Part shown: positions 19,871-28,317 of the stretch, one piece after another
Layout of the letters: the number at the start of each line of letters is the position of its first letter
How positions within the stretch are numbered: position 1 is the first letter of the stretch
Source: Nanobdellati archaeon
Lineage (GTDB): Archaea; EX4484-52; GLR71
Direction of reading: 5' to 3'
DNA: 48,506 nucleotides
Assembly: GCA_019429125.1 (NCBI GenBank)
Contig: JAHYJO010000012.1
Span: forward strand, 1-48,506
The notes under the pieces: generated by a model
What the model was told of the DNA's origin: nothing
Seen by the model: the letters and a program-made list of their open reading frames with translations, nothing else
Database searches by the model: none
Program-made: the position numbers and the translations under genes

Positions 19871-20270
19871 GTATAACAGAACAGCAACATAACAATGTTG
19901 TAACAGTGTTATGCGTCAAATGCGTCATTTGTTGTTATCTTGTCTTGGATGTTGTCATATTTAGGGATGTTATTCTTTCTATTTTAATGATACTTTTAGG
20001 TTCTTAAAAAAATTTCCTTTGAAATTCTAATCTTTCTGTTATAATTTATTTTAATATAAACTATTTCTATTTTTAGGTCGATTTGTATCTGTTTGTTGTT
20101 GTAGTATAACAACATAACAATGTTGTAACAGAATTATGTGTCATTCGTTGTTATTTAGTTAGATGTTGTCCTTCTAAGAGTGGTATGATCTTTCTATTTT
20201 TATAATATTTTTTGGTTCCTAAAATTTTTTTCTTTGAAATTTTAATGATCCTGTTATAACTATTTTTATT
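19871..20270 (+). repeat. Diverged direct duplication of ~170-190 bp carrying TGTTRTAACA boxes
   Basis: Copy 1 ~19871-20056, copy 2 ~20104-20270; shared blocks CAACATAACAATGTTGTAACAG, GATGTTGTC, TCTTTCTATTTT, CTTTGAAATT, CTGTTATAA. Confidence 0.85.
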
Positions 20271-20687
20271 ATGGTGTATTTAATCTTTTTTTTTGTTTTT
20301 GTTTTTTTGACTATTATGTGTCTTGCGTTATTGTAGTATTTTTATATTTGATCTATTTTTGTGTTGTAACTATGTTATTTTTGTTATTATCTTTGATATT
20401 GTTATTTATCTGTTATTTTGTTATAACAGCTGTTTTTGGCGTATTTTTTTGGTTTTTCTTCCTTTGGTATATTGTTTGGTTTTTTCTTCTTAACACTTAA
20501 ATTTTATGTATTTTATGTATTTTTTGTGTCTTTGTATTGTGAATACCAAAAGGGTATTTTGTCTAAATATGTTGTTTTTTGTGTATTTTTATCTGATGTT
20601 ATCGTTTTATATATCTCGCTATATTGGTATGTCTTTATATTCTTCTGATTTTTTTATTTTAACTCTCACATTTTTTGTGAGTTTTTT

Positions 20688-20883
20688 TAGTAATGTAGCT
20701 TTATAGTAATGTAGCTTTATAGTATTATTTTATTATAATTTTATATTTTTATATTTGTATCGTTTTATAGTTGTGTGTCTTTATTTATGTATATTATCAG
20801 GGTTTTATTGTATTATATTTTTATAGTAGTCTATTATCATAGTAGTCTATTATCATAATAGTCTATTATTATAATATCCTATT
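20688..20883 (+). repeat. Two sets of 16-bp tandem repeats in an AT-rich tract
   Basis: TAGTAATGTAGCTTTA x2 (20688-20719); TAGTAGTCTATTATCA x2 plus two degenerate copies (20824-20883). Confidence 0.85.
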
Positions 20884-21094
20884 TGTATATTTTCATTTTA
20901 TTATATTTTCATCTCTATATCACACTATATAATTATAGTTTTATTTTTTTTCATTTTGTGTATGATTGTGCTCAAGAACCCTTACTTAATTGCTATCAAT
21001 TATATGTTTTTTGTCAAAACAGAATAAATTACGTTTGATTTTTTTTATTTTTTTGCAGAAATATTTTTTGTGAATTTTTTTTAACTCTCACATT

Positions 21095-21949
21095 TTAGTT
21101 GATTTTTTTTGTTGAAAGTGGATGTGCTTTGGTGTATATATTTTCTTTTCTTTTGTTTGTTACATGCATATAAATCTGCGTGGTTGCCAGGTTTGAGTGG
21201 CCTAAAAGCTCTTTTATTATCATTATATCTGCATCGTTTTGCAGAAGATGAGTAGCAAAAGAATGTCTTAATGTATGGGGTGTTACTGTTTTTGTTATTC
21301 CACATTGTTCTGAATAATATTTTACTATTCTTTGTATCGATCTTTGAGTCAATCTTTCTTTTTTTAGGTTGATAAAAATAGCTGGGTTGTTATCGTTTCT
21401 AGTTCTTAGATAATTTTTTATTTTTTTTAATGTGCCCTCATCAGCATAGACTATTCTGTCTTTTGAGCCTTTTCCGTCTATTATCTTTATGTTATTTCCT
21501 TCAATATTTTCTCTGTTCATGTCTACAAGTTCTGAAACCCGCATCCCGCAGGCGTAAAGTAGTTGTATGATTGCTCTGTCTCGGAGGTTTTCAATTGATG
21601 TCAGGAGCTTTTGTGTCTCTTCAATTGTCAGAAATCCTGGTAGTTTTTGTGATACTTTTGGTAATTTTATGTTGTCTGCTACTATATTTTTGGTAATCCT
21701 GAAGAAGCTTTTTATTGCGTTGAGGTGTCTGTGTATGGTTGTGTTGGTTGCGTTTTTACCCTGCTGTAAGTAGACTAAATAGTTTTTTATGTCTGTTTCT
21801 GTTATGTCTTGCGGTGATTTTTTTGTGAATTTTAGGAAGTTATCTATTGTGTATACATAGCTTTCTAGGGTGTTGTGTGAATAACCTCTTAGTTTTATTT
21901 CTGTTTTGAAATTTTCAAAATAATTAGGTTTTTGTGTGTCTTCTACCAT
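21095..21949 (-). CDS. xerA: Tyrosine recombinase XerA
   Basis: EIKLRGYSHNTLESY, YACGMRVSEL, GKGSKDR, VTPHTLRHSFATHLL, LLGHSNLATTQIY; adjacent dif-type site. Confidence 0.88.
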   Translation of the reverse strand: MVEDTQKPNYFENFKTEIKLRGYSHNTLESYVYTIDNFLKFTKKSPQDITETDIKNYLVYLQQGKNATNTTIHRHLNAIKSFFRITKNIVADNIKLPKVSQKLPGFLTIEETQKLLTSIENLRDRAIIQLLYACGMRVSELVDMNRENIEGNNIKIIDGKGSKDRIVYADEGTLKKIKNYLRTRNDNNPAIFINLKKERLTQRSIQRIVKYYSEQCGITKTVTPHTLRHSFATHLLQNDADIMIIKELLGHSNLATTQIYMHVTNKRKENIYTKAHPLSTKKIN

Positions 21950-22017
21950 AGTTTATCCGCCTAGATTTTATTATTTTTTCACGTTTGGTCGCTTGTTACT
22001 GTTTTTATCAGAGTGTC

Positions 22018-22045
22018 ATGTCGCATAATATACATTATGCGACAC
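22018..22045. other. dif-type Xer recombination site
   Basis: ATGTCGCATAA-TATACA-TTATGCGACAC: 11-6-11 layout, perfect 10-bp inverted arms, inner ATAA/TTAT; minus-strand spacer TGTATA equals the E. coli dif spacer. Confidence 0.88.
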
Positions 22046-22222
22046 AGAATATATTATAGTTTTTATTCCTTATATGCTTTTTGGTGCTACAGTTGCTGTT
22101 TTTTATGTTGTAACATTGTTTTTATAGGGTTTATTTCTGTTTTTTATAGTTTTTGTGGCTTTTTGAGGGGGGGGTAAGATATGTTTTTTTTGTCTTGATT
22201 TATATCTTGTGGTTTTTATTAA

Positions 22223-22429
22223 TATTTGGGCACCATGTTCTATTTTTTCGGATTTATTTAGAAATAGGCACTAGTTTATTTTTGGATGTTTTGTAATGTC
22301 TCTTGTTTAAGATTTAGGCACCAATATTTATTTGTCATATTTTTATTCATGTGGTCTGGTTAATGTTAAGTATTTTTATCTTATTTTATATTTTTTGAAA
22401 TGTTGGTATTTTTTGTAGTTAGGCACCAG
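22223..22429 (-). repeat. Four inverted copies of the 14-bp box seen at 18578-18806
   Basis: TATTTGGGCACCAT (22223), GAAATAGGCACTAG (22261), GATTTAGGCACCAA (22311), TAGTTAGGCACCAG (22416) versus reverse-complement consensus CARTTAGGCACYAT. Confidence 0.8.
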
Positions 22430-22479
22430 TAAACTTCGGTGTATTTTTAAGATTTAATAATTATCAATTTTTTGATATT

Positions 22480-22866
22480 TTAAAAGTTAAGCTGGTCTCC
22501 GATATCGAATTTTTCATTTTTGGCTAGCTCGTTTTCGATTTCTAGAACGTATTTACATCGTTTTTTTGGTATGTATAATTTCCATGTCTTGGGCTTTAGA
22601 ATTTTTAAGGGTACTGCATTTTTTTTTATGTCGACAATAGTTTTTTTGTTGTCTATAAATATGATATCTAGATTAAATCTCATAAATGGCATCCATATTG
22701 AGGATTTTCCCTCTTTTATGAATTCCATCAGCATTCTCCCTGATTTTTTGAACATCAGACCGCGTGTGTTTCTCGCTATTGATATCGAAAACTCTATATT
22801 GTCTATTTCTGTCTTTTTTGTCTCGTTTCTTATTGTGATTTTTTTATTTTTTATGATTTTTATCAC
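22480..22866 (-). CDS. DUF192 family protein
   Basis: RGLMF...MLMEF...IWMPFMRFNLDIIFID...YVLEI pattern. Confidence 0.88.
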   Translation of the reverse strand: MIKIIKNKKITIRNETKKTEIDNIEFSISIARNTRGLMFKKSGRMLMEFIKEGKSSIWMPFMRFNLDIIFIDNKKTIVDIKKNAVPLKILKPKTWKLYIPKKRCKYVLEIENELAKNEKFDIGDQLNF

Positions 22867-23636
22867 TCTATATCCTTTTTATTTTCTTTTTTTATATATC
22901 TTGCAAATACTAAGAAACCAGTATGACCGAGCATTGCTGTTTTTGGTCTTATACATTTTTCATTTTCCCAATCTCGTATAAGACATTCTCTGAAAACTAT
23001 GTTTATGAAACCTTTTGAGTCTAACATATTTATGGCTGCTGTGCTTTGTTCTATGCAGGGTGAATATACGGCAATCCTGCCTCCTACTTTTAGATTTTTA
23101 GTTATTTTTTTTATTGTATCTTGTGGTAGTGGCATGTCAAGTATTATAACATCAAAATCTGTACCTTGTTCCTCTTTTATGTCTCCTGCTTTAACTTCTA
23201 CATTATTCAATCCCATGCGTCTTATGTTTTCTGTGCCTATTTTATAGTGTTTTTCGTTTTTTTCCCAGCTTACAACTGATTTTGCAATGTTTCCAAGATG
23301 TGATGTAAGGAATGCTGAACCACATCCTGCCTCAAGTACTTTTGTTGTTTTTCCTATTCCGCAAAAAGTAGTTATCATGCCTACATCTTTAGGATGTATT
23401 ATTTGTGGTCCTCTTTTCAGGCTTTTGGATAAAAGATCCCTAAAATCGGGTACAAGAACTAAAAATTCATTTCCTGTTGTAGTTTTGTATCTTTTTCCGT
23501 ATGATTTTCCGATTATGTCTTTTAGTTGGAATGCACCGTATTGTGAGTGGAATGTGCGTAACTCTATATCTATGAGATATGAGTTACCTGAATCATGCAT
23601 TATTATGGCCTTGTCGCCTTCTTTTATATTTGTCAT
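22863..23636 (-). CDS. trmI: tRNA (adenine57/58-N1)-methyltransferase
   Basis: KRGPQIIHPKD, VLEAGCGSA, LDMPLP, YSPCIEQ, RPKTAMLGHTGFLVFAR. Confidence 0.94.
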   Translation of the reverse strand: MTNIKEGDKAIIMHDSGNSYLIDIELRTFHSQYGAFQLKDIIGKSYGKRYKTTTGNEFLVLVPDFRDLLSKSLKRGPQIIHPKDVGMITTFCGIGKTTKVLEAGCGSAFLTSHLGNIAKSVVSWEKNEKHYKIGTENIRRMGLNNVEVKAGDIKEEQGTDFDVIILDMPLPQDTIKKITKNLKVGGRIAVYSPCIEQSTAAINMLDSKGFINIVFRECLIRDWENEKCIRPKTAMLGHTGFLVFARYIKKENKKDIE

Positions 23637-23652
23637 ATATATTCGTTCCTAT

Positions 23653-24354
23653 CTATCTTCCGAATCGTCTTTTTCTTTTTGCGAATTCATTTATACAATT
23701 ATTGAATTCATCTTCTGTAAATTCTGGCCAGAGTGTGTCTATAAAGAAAAGTTCACTGTACGCTGATTGCCATGTAAGGAAATCTGACATCCTTTTTTCT
23801 CCACCTGTGCGTATTATCATGTCTGGTGCACTTTTAAGGGACAGTTGCTCATTTAATGTCTCTGGATTTATGTCTTTAATTGTCATTTTTTTGTCAATTG
23901 CCAATTCTGCAATATTTTTTACAGCATCTGCAATCTCTTGCCGTCCGCTGTATGCTATTGCTAGGTTCAGAGTAATTATTTTGTTATCTTTTGTGGTATT
24001 TATTGTATCTTTTAATAATTCCTGTATATCTTCGGGTAATAATTCAATTTTACCAATTACTTTTATTTTTACATTAGTTTCTTGTATATCTTTTTTGAAT
24101 TCTTCATCGTTTAGTTCTTTTTTGAATATATTCATAATCATATCAAATTCTTTTTTTGGGCGGTTAAAATTATCAAGGGAAAGTGCATATAATGTTATTT
24201 CTTTAATATTACTGTCTATTATCCATCCTATTAAAGATCTTACTTTTTTAGCACCCCATTTATGACCCATACATGGCTGTTTCATAAGTTTTTTTGCAAA
24301 CCTACGGTTACCATCCATTATTATGCCTATATGGTTGGGGGTAGTTTTATCCAT
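23653..24354 (-). CDS. uppS: cis-prenyltransferase (undecaprenyl diphosphate synthase family)
   Basis: PNHIGIIMDGNRRFA, YSGRQEI, PDMIIRTGGEKRMSDFLTWQSAYSE, RRFGR. Confidence 0.96.
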   Translation of the reverse strand: MDKTTPNHIGIIMDGNRRFAKKLMKQPCMGHKWGAKKVRSLIGWIIDSNIKEITLYALSLDNFNRPKKEFDMIMNIFKKELNDEEFKKDIQETNVKIKVIGKIELLPEDIQELLKDTINTTKDNKIITLNLAIAYSGRQEIADAVKNIAELAIDKKMTIKDINPETLNEQLSLKSAPDMIIRTGGEKRMSDFLTWQSAYSELFFIDTLWPEFTEDEFNNCINEFAKRKRRFGR

Positions 24355-24490
24355 GGGAATGACCAGAATTGTGTAGGTGTAATATATTATTTTTGTTTAT
24401 TTGATTAATATTAGTTATTTAATAGTTTTATATATATTTGTCTATGTTTTTTGGAAATCATTATTTAAATGTTTGAACTAAATAATTCGT

Positions 24491-25381
24491 ATGTTTGAGT
24501 ATATTATTCTTTTAATTGCACTTGTAGGTACAGGTCTTGCGGGGTGGCAGGATTTCAAAACAACGGGTGTTGAAGATAAATATGCAGTGTTTATGGGTCT
24601 TGGCGGTATCTTTATCCATCTTATTAATTCATATATTACTGGTGTATGGTCTGGTTTTTATTACAGTTTGATTGTCGGTTTTACATTTTTAGTATTTGGG
24701 TATATTATGTATTATTCTCATCAGTGGGGTGAGGCTGATGTGCTCATATTGGGTGCTCTTGGGTTTCTTATACCTACATCTCTCTCAATATTTGCTAAAA
24801 GTCTTGCATTTCCTTATTATCCTGCATTATTTCTTGCAACAGTTTTTATAATTGGGGGAGTATATTCAATATTTTATAGTGTGGGTGTGGCTTTTAGGAC
24901 AAAAGATTTTTTCAAAAAGTTAACAGAGTGTCTGGTGTCTCATTCCTGGATTTTTTTGAATGTATCAGTCTTAATATTTATAATTTCTATTTTTTCATTA
25001 AGTTATGTAATAAATAATCTTAATGTCTATGTTGATTTGATTGCTAGGCAATTTCTGATTATATATATGTTTTTTGTAGCTGGGTTCGTACTTATTGCTT
25101 TTTCAAAAACTATAGATCAATTTGCATTCCGTAAACAAGTCAATACCTCTGATCTTATTGAGGGGGATGTGTTGGCAGAAAATATCATTTTTACTGATGA
25201 TAAATATTCAAAGAAGTTTAAGGGTAAGTTGTTTATTGGTCTTGAAGCGGAGGATATAAAATCAATAAGGCAAATAAAAGATAAAGTATGGGTTAAGCAA
25301 GGAATTCCTTTTGTTCCTGCATTTTTCTTTTCAGTAATATTTATGTGGCTTTTTGGGAATGTATTTACTTTTATGTTTTAA
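24491..25381 (+). CDS. A24-family prepilin peptidase
   Basis: Multi-TM; catalytic Asp motifs WQDFKT and WGEADV; C-terminal VWVKQGIPFVPAF. Confidence 0.88.
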   Translation: MFEYIILLIALVGTGLAGWQDFKTTGVEDKYAVFMGLGGIFIHLINSYITGVWSGFYYSLIVGFTFLVFGYIMYYSHQWGEADVLILGALGFLIPTSLSIFAKSLAFPYYPALFLATVFIIGGVYSIFYSVGVAFRTKDFFKKLTECLVSHSWIFLNVSVLIFIISIFSLSYVINNLNVYVDLIARQFLIIYMFFVAGFVLIAFSKTIDQFAFRKQVNTSDLIEGDVLAENIIFTDDKYSKKFKGKLFIGLEAEDIKSIRQIKDKVWVKQGIPFVPAFFFSVIFMWLFGNVFTFMF

Positions 25382-25430
25382 AAATATATTACTTTTTTTA
25401 TATGTTGTTGTCATTATTGTTGTAGGTGTT

Positions 25431-27413
25431 TTATTCAAGGATTAGTGGTGTGCAACTTTCTGTCTGTCCTGAGTGTTCTATCCTGTTAAGACGTTCATTA
25501 AGCATCTGTATTTCATTAGACAGTATTTTATTTTCATTTTTCAATAATGTGATTATGTTTAGTATTTCTTTTGTGGTTTCATTTGAGACTTGTTCTGTTT
25601 TTGTTTTGAAAATTGTATTGTCCAAGTTATCAATTTTTGCTTTTATTACTTTGTTGATTTTTGTCTGAATTTCGTTAAGTGTTTTTGTTTCATTTTTTAT
25701 TTTTTCAAAACTGGAATTGTTTATTTCAGATATTTCATCTTTTAGGTGAACCATGCTCATTTTTATTTTATTATCGGTCTTTATTTGCCATTGGTTTATT
25801 TCTGCCGTCATTGTATCTCTTGTTTTTTGTATGTCTTGGTTATATTCTATTGTTTTGTTTTTATCTAGTTTATCTATGGTATTGACATATTCTTCAAATT
25901 TCTTGATATTATTTAGGCCTTTTATTATATTTTCACTTAATATGATGTTCTTTTTTTCTGTTTGGTCTTGCCATTCTTTTATTTCTGTTTTTAATATTTC
26001 TTGTGTATTCAAAAGGTTTTCGTAATTTTTTGTTTCTTTTTTGCCTAATCCGTTTAGTCTATTTTCAATTTTTAGTTCATAATTTTTTATGTTTGTTTCA
26101 ATATTGTTTATATTATCAGTATTTTCTTTTTTAATTAATTTTATTTCTTCTTCAATTTTTGTTTTAAGTTTATCGATGTCTTTTATTTTTTCAATATCAT
26201 CTATTTTTGCTTTGAATATATTATTTATTTTTGTCTGTAAGTTTTCACGCTCTTCTATTTTTTTAATCGTTTTTAATTGTTCTATCAATTCTGAATTTAT
26301 CTTTTGGATTTCAACATCTATGTTTTCATTTGGATGTATCTTGTTTGTTTTTGTGTTTTCAAGCAGTAGCTTTACTGCATCCATTGCATCTGATATCTTT
26401 TGGTTGGTATTTGTTTTTTCAGTTTCTATATCATTTAATAATTTTGTTATTGTGGTGTTTAATTCTGTTATTTTTGTGTTAATATTGTTTATTGTATTAT
26501 TGTGCAGATCTTGTATGTCTGTATTTATAGGATCTTTTTGCTGTGATTGTCCATTTTGTTTAATGGTCATTATTTTTGTTTCTAGTTGTTCAGAAAGTTT
26601 GTCTATTTGAGATTCTATTTTTATATTCATATTTTTTTTAAGTTCTTCAATACAAATTTCATTTGTTCTGGTTTTTAGTTCAAGTTGTTTTGAAAGTTCT
26701 TGCATATTTTTGATTATGTTTAATATGCCCAAATATTTGTTTTCGTTCTTTCCGATTTCGTGGTCTATATTTTTTATGTATTTAATCTCATCTATCAATG
26801 TTTCTATTTTTTTGTCATATATGTCTATTTCTTCACGTACACCACTTATTAGTTCTGCAAAGTCACTATTTACTTTTTCAAATTCTGCATGGATAATCTT
26901 AAACTCTTTTTCACCAATAGGGTTTGTTTTTTCGATATCATTAATCTTTTCTTTTATTTTTGAAAGTTCATCTAGGACTATTACAAGATCTGAATTGTTT
27001 TGTGTGTTTGTGTCATTTTGTTTTGTGTTTTTTATTTTTTCATCAAATATTTTTAAAGCATTTGACATGAGGTCTATCTTGTGATTGAATACTTCAAGTT
27101 TATCAGAAATATCTTTTGTGCATTCTTTGTTTTCTATTAGTTCTAATCGGTCTGCAAGCGTTAAGTCCTCAAGAGTTCGTAATGTCTCTTTTGCATTCTT
27201 TATGTCTTTTAGTGCATCTATATCTTTTATATTTTGTATGATGTCTATGTTTTTTTCAATCTTGTTGAATACATCTTCAAGAGTCAATATTTTTTTTTCA
27301 AGATCTAATTCTACTATTTTTCGTCTGTTCTTGAACTCTTTAAATTCTAATATCAGATTATCTATCTTTTTATCTTCTGAAGAATCCGTTTTTTGAAACA
27401 TATATTTTACCAC
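25431..27413 (-). CDS. Long coiled-coil protein
   Basis: 660 aa of K/E/N/I heptads, no ATPase motif or TM segment. Confidence 0.8.
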   Translation of the reverse strand: MVKYMFQKTDSSEDKKIDNLILEFKEFKNRRKIVELDLEKKILTLEDVFNKIEKNIDIIQNIKDIDALKDIKNAKETLRTLEDLTLADRLELIENKECTKDISDKLEVFNHKIDLMSNALKIFDEKIKNTKQNDTNTQNNSDLVIVLDELSKIKEKINDIEKTNPIGEKEFKIIHAEFEKVNSDFAELISGVREEIDIYDKKIETLIDEIKYIKNIDHEIGKNENKYLGILNIIKNMQELSKQLELKTRTNEICIEELKKNMNIKIESQIDKLSEQLETKIMTIKQNGQSQQKDPINTDIQDLHNNTINNINTKITELNTTITKLLNDIETEKTNTNQKISDAMDAVKLLLENTKTNKIHPNENIDVEIQKINSELIEQLKTIKKIEERENLQTKINNIFKAKIDDIEKIKDIDKLKTKIEEEIKLIKKENTDNINNIETNIKNYELKIENRLNGLGKKETKNYENLLNTQEILKTEIKEWQDQTEKKNIILSENIIKGLNNIKKFEEYVNTIDKLDKNKTIEYNQDIQKTRDTMTAEINQWQIKTDNKIKMSMVHLKDEISEINNSSFEKIKNETKTLNEIQTKINKVIKAKIDNLDNTIFKTKTEQVSNETTKEILNIITLLKNENKILSNEIQMLNERLNRIEHSGQTESCTPLILE

Positions 27414-27468
27414 CAGATTTATAAAAGTGATGTAATCGATTGTATCTGTATTTAATTGTTCTTTTCTG

Positions 27469-28083
27469 TTATATATATCTTTTGTTGAATGCTATGTTTT
27501 CAAGCCAAAAAAGCCAGATTGCAAGTACTAAAATTATGAGTCCTCCTTGCCATAATATGTTGTGTGTGATGTCAAATATCTCAAGTCCTTTAAGGTATGT
27601 CAAGTGAAAAGTTGTTGCAAGGCGAAAAATATTTCCAATAAATATTGCAAATATTCCAATAATGATACCTAATGCTCGTGCTTTTATTGTTGAGTGTCTT
27701 GTTGCTAGAATTAGTGAGAATAATGTAAGGAATGATTTCCAGCCACTGCAATCTTTTATTATGTCTGCTATAAGTGTTCCTGTTGCAGTTGTTATTATAA
27801 ATGTGTTATCTATCTGGAAAAAATCAGTGCCTAATGTTGAAAGAAGTTTTGATGTAAAATAACTTGTGATTGTAATTATATGATGAAAATCATATCCAGT
27901 CCATATGATTAGATGTAAGGGAATTGCGAGGACGCAGAACCTGATAAGGAATATAAGGGTGTCCCACATCTTAAATTGAGAATGGGTGAATTTTTTTGTC
28001 GTCTTTTTTTCAAATTTATTCCATTTAGAGATAAGGATGTTCTTATTTTTATTTACTTTTATATTTTGTAATCTGTGTGTCAC
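27469..28083 (-). CDS. Archaeosortase/exosortase family protein
   Basis: Multi-TM with IIKDCSGW (Cys), GNIFRL (Arg), THNILW (His); AAGGTG RBS before the GTG. Confidence 0.88.
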   Translation of the reverse strand: MTHRLQNIKVNKNKNILISKWNKFEKKTTKKFTHSQFKMWDTLIFLIRFCVLAIPLHLIIWTGYDFHHIITITSYFTSKLLSTLGTDFFQIDNTFIITTATGTLIADIIKDCSGWKSFLTLFSLILATRHSTIKARALGIIIGIFAIFIGNIFRLATTFHLTYLKGLEIFDITHNILWQGGLIILVLAIWLFWLENIAFNKRYI

Positions 28084-28107
28084 TTTAACACCTTGATTTT
28101 TTGGTCT

Positions 28108-28266
28108 TTAAGATGCAACATACATAGGTTCGTCATGGCACATAGGTGGATTGAATAATGTATCACAGGTGCCGCATTTTACTCCTTTTTCGTGTTTTTC
28201 AATCTTGTGGCTTTTATCATGATCAATATCAATCTCATTTTCACATTTTTTGCATTTCCATTTCAT
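28108..28266 (-). CDS. Small metal-binding protein, 52 aa (not in ORF track)
   Basis: MKWKCKKCENEIDIDHDKSHKIEKHEKGVKCGTCDTLFNPPMCHDEPMYVAS: two CxxC plus PMCHDEPM; fills the gap between co-oriented genes. Confidence 0.75.
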   Translation of the reverse strand: MKWKCKKCENEIDIDHDKSHKIEKHEKGVKCGTCDTLFNPPMCHDEPMYVAS

Positions 28267-28317
28267 GGTATCACAATAATATTTTTGGATGTATTTTTAT
28301 TTAAAGTTTTCGGTTTT

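Noticed and set aside
20318-20706. Three short hydrophobic ORFs in the ORF track
   Set aside because: F/L/V/Y-rich translations expected from T-rich non-coding DNA; overlapping frames, no RBS.
22167-22174. Canonical archaeal ORB element at the G8 run
   Set aside because: G-string present but no TTCCAGTGGAAA-type core beside it and no orc1/cdc6 in the window.
17946-22480. Provirus or island integrated at tRNA-iMet using the 21095-21949 recombinase
   Set aside because: No duplicate of the tRNA 3' end found, no viral genes, host-like skew, and the recombinase has its own dif-type site. Not fully excluded.
25426-27396. Plus-strand ORFs opposite the coiled-coil gene, and similar antisense ORFs throughout the window
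   Set aside because: Shadow frames of well-supported genes on the other strand.
27825-27838. AGTGCCTAAT match to the 14-bp box inside the archaeosortase gene
   Set aside because: Isolated 10/14 match in coding sequence; likely chance.
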